Assembly (NCBI GenBank): GCA_964016885.1
Contig: OZ024756.1
Span: 38,998,001 to 39,062,000, forward strand
Source of the DNA: Eledone cirrhosa
Taxonomy: Eukaryota
Reading direction: 5' to 3'
Length of the DNA: 64,000 bases
Below the pieces are notes generated by a model. That model searched no databases. It was not told the DNA's origin and worked only from the letters and a program-made list of their open reading frames with translations. Below, in pieces: positions 57,885-64,000 of the stretch. Within the stretch, counting starts at the first letter, position 1. Each line of letters starts with the position of its first letter. The position numbers and the translations under genes are program-made.

Positions 57885-58182
57885 GTGGGCCTTCACTCTA
57901 CATCAGACTATAGGTGAGGAAGTTGAAAGACCAAGGGAGCACCCCTTCTCTGTGCTCCTGAGGAGAAGGTTTGCACACTTTTTTTCGGGGGGGTGTGCGA
58001 CCCCCCAAGGCGCCTCCTCTCTATTGAGGACTTTGTTATAAATTTTAATTTTTTGTTATATTTTATTTTATTTTTATATATTGTTATTGCCTCCTCCTTA
58101 TTGAGGACGCCTTGTTTTGTAAACTCCCCCCCCCATTGTACTTGTCCCACTTTTGATGCCCTGGTGGCAAATAAAAGAAACA
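57885..58182 (+). mobile_element. Short 3' fragment of the same Tx1-like LINE family
   Basis: Homologous to 13398-13665 (gggccttc..tgtgctcctga.gag..tgtgcgaccc..ggtggcaaataaa). Embedded in a (TATC)n tract. Confidence 0.8.
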
Positions 58183-58252
<70 letters not shown>

Positions 58253-58817
58253 GCTAGCTAGCTAGCTAGCTAGCTAGTTATCTATCTGTCTGTCTGTTTG
58301 TCTGTCTGTCTATCCATTTATCCATCTGTCACATGCTCTTTTCCTTCTCCTTTTTATAGACATACCTGCACACACACACTTATGAACACACACATACGCA
58401 CACACACACACACACGCGCGCGCACATAAATATATATATATATATACATAAGTGTGAGTGTGTGAGTGTATATAAATGTGCGTACATAAACTCAATACTA
58501 CACGAGCACTCACACACACATACACACACACACACATATATATATATGTATGTGTGTGTGTATGCGTGTGTGTATATGTGTGTGTAGTATTGAGTTTCGC
58601 AGAATGCCGCTGACCACATAACTAGAAATATATTTTCCATGACACAGTGTATGTTACTAATATAATGGCTGTATCTCATTTAGAAGGAAAACTCTAACCT
58701 GAATATAATGTTAGAAAGTATAGCTATCTCTTACTCCATATTGAATTCCTACATGTCTCTTTCACTTTCTCTCTCTCTCTCTCTCGCACTCTCTCTCGCT
58801 CTCTCTCTCACTCGCTC

Positions 58818-58860
<43 letters not shown>

Positions 58861-59049
58861 CCCCCTCTCTCTCTTTCGTTCTCTCTCTCACTCTCTGTCT
58901 CTCATTCTTTCTTTCTTTTTCTCTTTCTCACCCTCTCTCCCTCTCACCCCCCCTCTCTCTTTCTTTCTCTTTCTCTCTCTACCTGAATTATAACGAAGTC
59001 TATTACTTGAAGTTAACGTAAGAAACAGAGAATTCTATACAACCTAAAC

Positions 59050-60145
59050 CTGGTAATGTGTTGAATGCTAGACATAACTAATACACTACATATACCTGGT
59101 AATGTGTTGAATGCTAGACATAACTAATACATACTGGTAATGTGTTGAATGCTAGACATAACTAATACACACTGGTAATGTGTTGAATGCTAGACATAAC
59201 TAATACACTACATATACCTGGTAATGTGTTGAATGCTAGACATAACTAATACATACTGGTAATGTGTTGAATGCTAGACATAACTAATACACACTGGTAA
59301 TGTGTTGAATGCTAGACATAACTAATACATACTGGTAATGTGTTGAATGCTAGACATAACTAATACACACTGGTAATGTGTTGAATGCTAGACATAACTA
59401 ATACACTACATATACCTGGTAATGTGTTGAATGCTAGACATAACTAATACATACTGGTAATGTATTGAATGTTAGACATAACTAATACACACTGGTAATG
59501 TGTTGAATGCTAGACATAACTAATACACATTGGTAATGTGTTGAATGTTAGACATAACTAATACTCACTGGTAATGTGTTGAATGCTAGACATAACTAAT
59601 ACACATTGGTAATGTGTTGAATGTTAGACATAACTAATACTCACTGGTAATGTGTTGAATGCTAGACATAACTAATACACACTGGTAATGTGTTGAATGC
59701 TAGACATAACTAATACACACTGGTAATGTATTGAATGTTAGACATAACTAATACACACTGGTAATGTATTGAATGCTAGACATAACTAATACACACTGGT
59801 AATGTGTTTAATGCTAGACATAACTAATACACACTGGTAATGTGTTGAATGCTAGACATAACTAATACACACTGGTAATGTATTGAATGTTAGACATAAC
59901 TAATACACACTGGTAATGTATTGAATGCTAGACATAACTAATACACACTGGTAATGTGTTTAATGCTAGACATAACTAATACACACTGGTAATGTGTTGA
60001 ATGCTAGACATAACTAATACACACTGGTAATGTATTGAATGTTAGACATAACTAATACACACTGGTAATGTATTGAATGCTAGACATAACTAATACACAC
60101 TGGTAATGTGTTGAATGCTAGACATAACTAATACACACTGGTAAG
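59050..60145. repeat. 38-bp minisatellite (about 28 units, three 46-bp variants)
   Basis: Unit CTGGTAATGTGTTGAATGCTAGACATAACTAATACACA, no spacers. Confidence 0.92.
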
Positions 60146-60865
60146 TGGTAGACAGACCTAACAAAGAAAGTAAAGAGAAAGTAACATTCACAAATCTCTC
60201 CATGAAGGGAAACCATCATTCATGATCGTTTTTATACAATCTTCTGTATTCAATCTCATGGACTCACTCGAATTTGGTATCTGGCTTCATTGTAATCACA
60301 AGATTTGTCAATTTACTTCACTAAATATGGTGGAATTATAAAAATACACATTGTGAAGCTGTGAGCTTGGAATATTATAGCAAATAACGAACTTGGATAA
60401 AAGACAGTCTTGTTAACCGAAATGTTTCAAAAGAAACTAATATGGAATAAAGAGAAAAAGACGCTGTTTAATTTGATTTCATTAGGATATTGGAAAATAG
60501 AAAATAATAATAATAGAGTTTAATATAATGTTGAAAACCAAAGACAACATGGTATTGATTATATATATCAGAAGATAAAGTTCCTGTAATATGAATGTCT
60601 TTCAAAGTTCAACGGAAATTCAGTCTGGTGAATAGATTCATGGATACAAATTACATTTTTCCTTTCTCCTTCAAGCAATTGTCCGTTGATAATCATAGAT
60701 TCCATAGTAATCGAATGTTACTTTCTTATTCAATGGAGGACAAAATATGAAATTTGATTAGTATGCATTACAAATATTCATGTGTAGTTAAGGATCTGTT
60801 CGGTGGAGCGGAGAAGGGTTGCTATTTCCAAGTACAACTATATATATATATATATATATTCCGAA

Positions 60866-60924
<59 letters not shown>

Positions 60925-60992
60925 ATATGGAAGCACACACTATCTACTTGAAGGTCGTGTGTGGGGTTGAAAGGTTGTTGTAATTATTATTG

Positions 60993-61275
60993 GAGGGCCG
61001 TGGATTGGCAGAATCGGTAGAGGGTCGGACAACATGCTTAGCAGCATGGAGTTGAAGCCATTTACGATCTGGTTTCAAATCCCGCCGAGGTTAAATTTGC
61101 CTTTCATCCTTACGGGGTCGATAAAATAAAGTACCAGTAATGTATTGGGTAATTGCTGGCCTTGTGCATAAAGTAGAAACAATTATTATTATTATTACTA
61201 GGGCAGTGGATTAGCAGAATCGGTAGAGCGCCGGATAACATGCTTTGCAGCATAGAGCTATAGGCCTTTACAGTC
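60993..61275 (+). mobile_element. SINE plus second SINE head
   Basis: Full copy 60993-61185 ending in (ATT)n, then a partial head at 61200-61275. Confidence 0.85.
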
Positions 61276-61556
61276 TGTTTCCCATTCTTCTCTCTTATAC
61301 CTCCCTTTCATCAGCCTCTTGTGCTTGTTCCTCCTCTCTTTCACTCTCTCCAGCCACCTCCTCTCTCTCCTTCTCTCTCTTTCTCTCTCCCCCTCATATG
61401 GTTCTTTCATCTCTAACATCTATGACCCTCATCAATCTGTCTCTCTCTTCTATCTCTTCTATCCCTGTTTTCATCTCTACTACACTCTTCTCTCTCTCAC
61501 TCTCTCACTCTCTCTCTTTTGCACTCTACCTACCTCTCTCTCTCTCTCCTCTCTCA

Positions 61557-61599
<43 letters not shown>

Positions 61600-61621
61600 T
61601 CTCTCTCTTTTTCACTCTACC

Positions 61622-61696
<75 letters not shown>

Positions 61697-64000
61697 ATCT
61701 GTCTGTCTCCCCCTCTCACACACACCTACATTGATACTATAAAGAAACTATTCCACATGACCACAGCATAAAATGTAATTAAATATATTTCCTATGCTCT
61801 GCGCCAGCTTTCAATTAGATAACGTCACCAGAACCAGGATCACATTCGGCGTTAGCCTCTTCAAACTGACTAAATGGACAAAGTTTTAAATGTCAACCAT
61901 TATCCATTCATTTCAGTGCTTCTAAAGATAGCCACAACTCGTTTTAATTTACTGTTAATATCTGAGAAAACACGGCTAATCTACGCAGCTAAAGGCAACA
62001 TATTTCCTCTTAACGTTTCATTTTTAGTAAGAAAAGTATAAGGCGGAGTGAAACAATTTATATGCATACTTCTCTTGTAGCTCATCTGGCTATATGGAGA
62101 TTATGTCTAGTCTACCAACAGCTATTTATGTTCACTGACCAGCACTCTAAGGCCACCCACCACCAGGAAAGACATTCATATCACAGCCTTGGCACTGTAC
62201 ACGAACGGCAGTCAAATGATACTATTCGGACCGAGGAAACCTAAAAAATATATAGAGTTCCTATGAAATTTCTTCTAGAGAAAAAAATTTTTTCCGAAAG
62301 AAAAAAACCTTCTTCCCCCGAGATCACGTTTACAAAATTCAGAAAACTGAATTGAAAACTAGGTTGAAAGAAACTCATCAATTAGAGGTTAATTCAGAGA
62401 GCCTTCATAAATCTCTCAGAAAAGAGAGTTGCTGATGTATACAACAATTTCAAACTGCTAGCCTTGAGTGATACGTTGATGTAAACAATGATCTTGCAAT
62501 CACATGTTATATGCCTTGATAAGTCCCACCATGGGGTCGGACGAAACGGCTGTCGGCAATAAACTTGTTATAATGTCATAATAGTTCCTTTGTTCTTTTT
62601 CACTAATATTTCTGCTCTGCGTATACGCATAGAGCTTAACTAGCTACCGTCGCATATTTGGTAAGTCAGACGTGATCATCGCGATTCACATACGTCCTAC
62701 CATACATCTTACTTATATATATATATATATATTTGTGTGTGTGTGAAACTATATATTAAAGTCTAGTTGTATATACACGTGAGCTTTTGTTCATTTGCTC
62801 CAATGAGATACGGTTATCACTGCGAGTTTAGAAATGTCTATATTTTCGAGCGTTCTATCCGGGATTACAGTTGTTGCTTCTTTTAGATGCAGCGATATCT
62901 GTATATATATATGCATGCACACTCATATATGTGTATATATTCGTGTCTATATATGTATGTATCTATGTATGTATGTATGTATGTATGTATGTATGTATGT
63001 ATGTATGTATGCATGTGTGTGTCAGTATGTGTATGTTTGCGTATGTGTGTTTCTATTTGTACCTGTATTTGTACTGCACATAATAGTTGATTTAAAAACG
63101 GCTTCCCCTGTCATAATTATTATCAATGGGAGATTCTGGTGAAAACAAGCTCTGTGATTGGTTCATTCTGTTATACCTAATATGGTAATATTTGCAATAC
63201 ATTCATAGAATACTTTCTCTAATTGTGCAGTTCGATATTTGCCAAACAACGATGCCTAAATTTTTTTTATTAGAATCATTGATATTGTATGCAGGATATT
63301 ATTGGATCCTACACATTATAATGGAACGTAAGAAAGGGTAATAAAATGTGTCAAATGTATATATATTTATATATATATAATTATTTATGCAAAGTATATA
63401 TACATCGGCTTGTATATATATATATATATATATATGTCAAAAATTATATTTATATTTATATATATGTCAAAAATTATCTATGCAAAGTATATATATATAT
63501 ATATACACCGGCTTGTGTATATACTTTATATATCTCTTTTACCTGTTCTAGCCATCCGACTGAGGCCATATATATATATATGCATAAAATTTTTTGTATT
63601 TTCATTGGTCAATTTGAACTCTGTTCCCAAACGAACCTGAAATTTTGAATTGTTGTTATTATCAATAAATATATTTCATTATTTCTGAAGACGGCATATA
63701 TGTGTGTTTGGTATGTATATTTAATCTTGATAGTTTGTATAATTTTGTATAATTTTGTACATAGATCTGTTGAATATGCATGCCAATTCTAACACATATA
63801 TATCCTAGAAACGATCGTTAAATAATGAACTTTTTTTGTTTAATATAAGGAACTGTTTCATTGTTTTATTCATTATTTTTTAAATATTTTATCTTGACTC
63901 TGTATTCCGTTTATCTTTCACCGAAAGTGATTTTTCATTGCATCTCTTCTTTCCATGATATCCGGACTACATTGAGTTCTTCATACGGATTGGACACTAC

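Noticed and set aside
59050-60145. CRISPR-like array (38-bp period)
   Set aside because: Head-to-tail units without unique spacers, no cas genes, eukaryotic context.

Overview
Eukaryotic, AT-rich, microsatellite-saturated animal genomic DNA. The repeat content resembles an octopus or other coleoid cephalopod (inference). One real host gene is supported: a 3-coding-exon RGK-family (Rad/Gem/Rem-like) small GTPase on +, join(19953..20580,22946..23209,25919..26181), 384 aa. The rest is repeat-derived: about 20 copies or fragments of a tRNA-derived SINE, a CORE-like SINE, fragments of Tx1/L1-, CR1-group and RTE-type LINEs, a Penelope-like GIY-YIG endonuclease remnant, Tc1/mariner-like MITEs, several minisatellites and a 200-N gap. 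Almost all ORFs in the supplied track are microsatellite artefacts. The most striking unannotated signal is a dense set of about 11 type I hammerhead-ribozyme motifs in at least 6 unrelated sequence contexts. They sit in short, often fold-back, elements embedded in (TA)n tracts and are linked to Penelope-like sequence. A second notable signal is a 1.9-kb satellite built by amplifying the Pol III A-box head of a SINE. All structures were paired by eye; no database search or folding computation was run.
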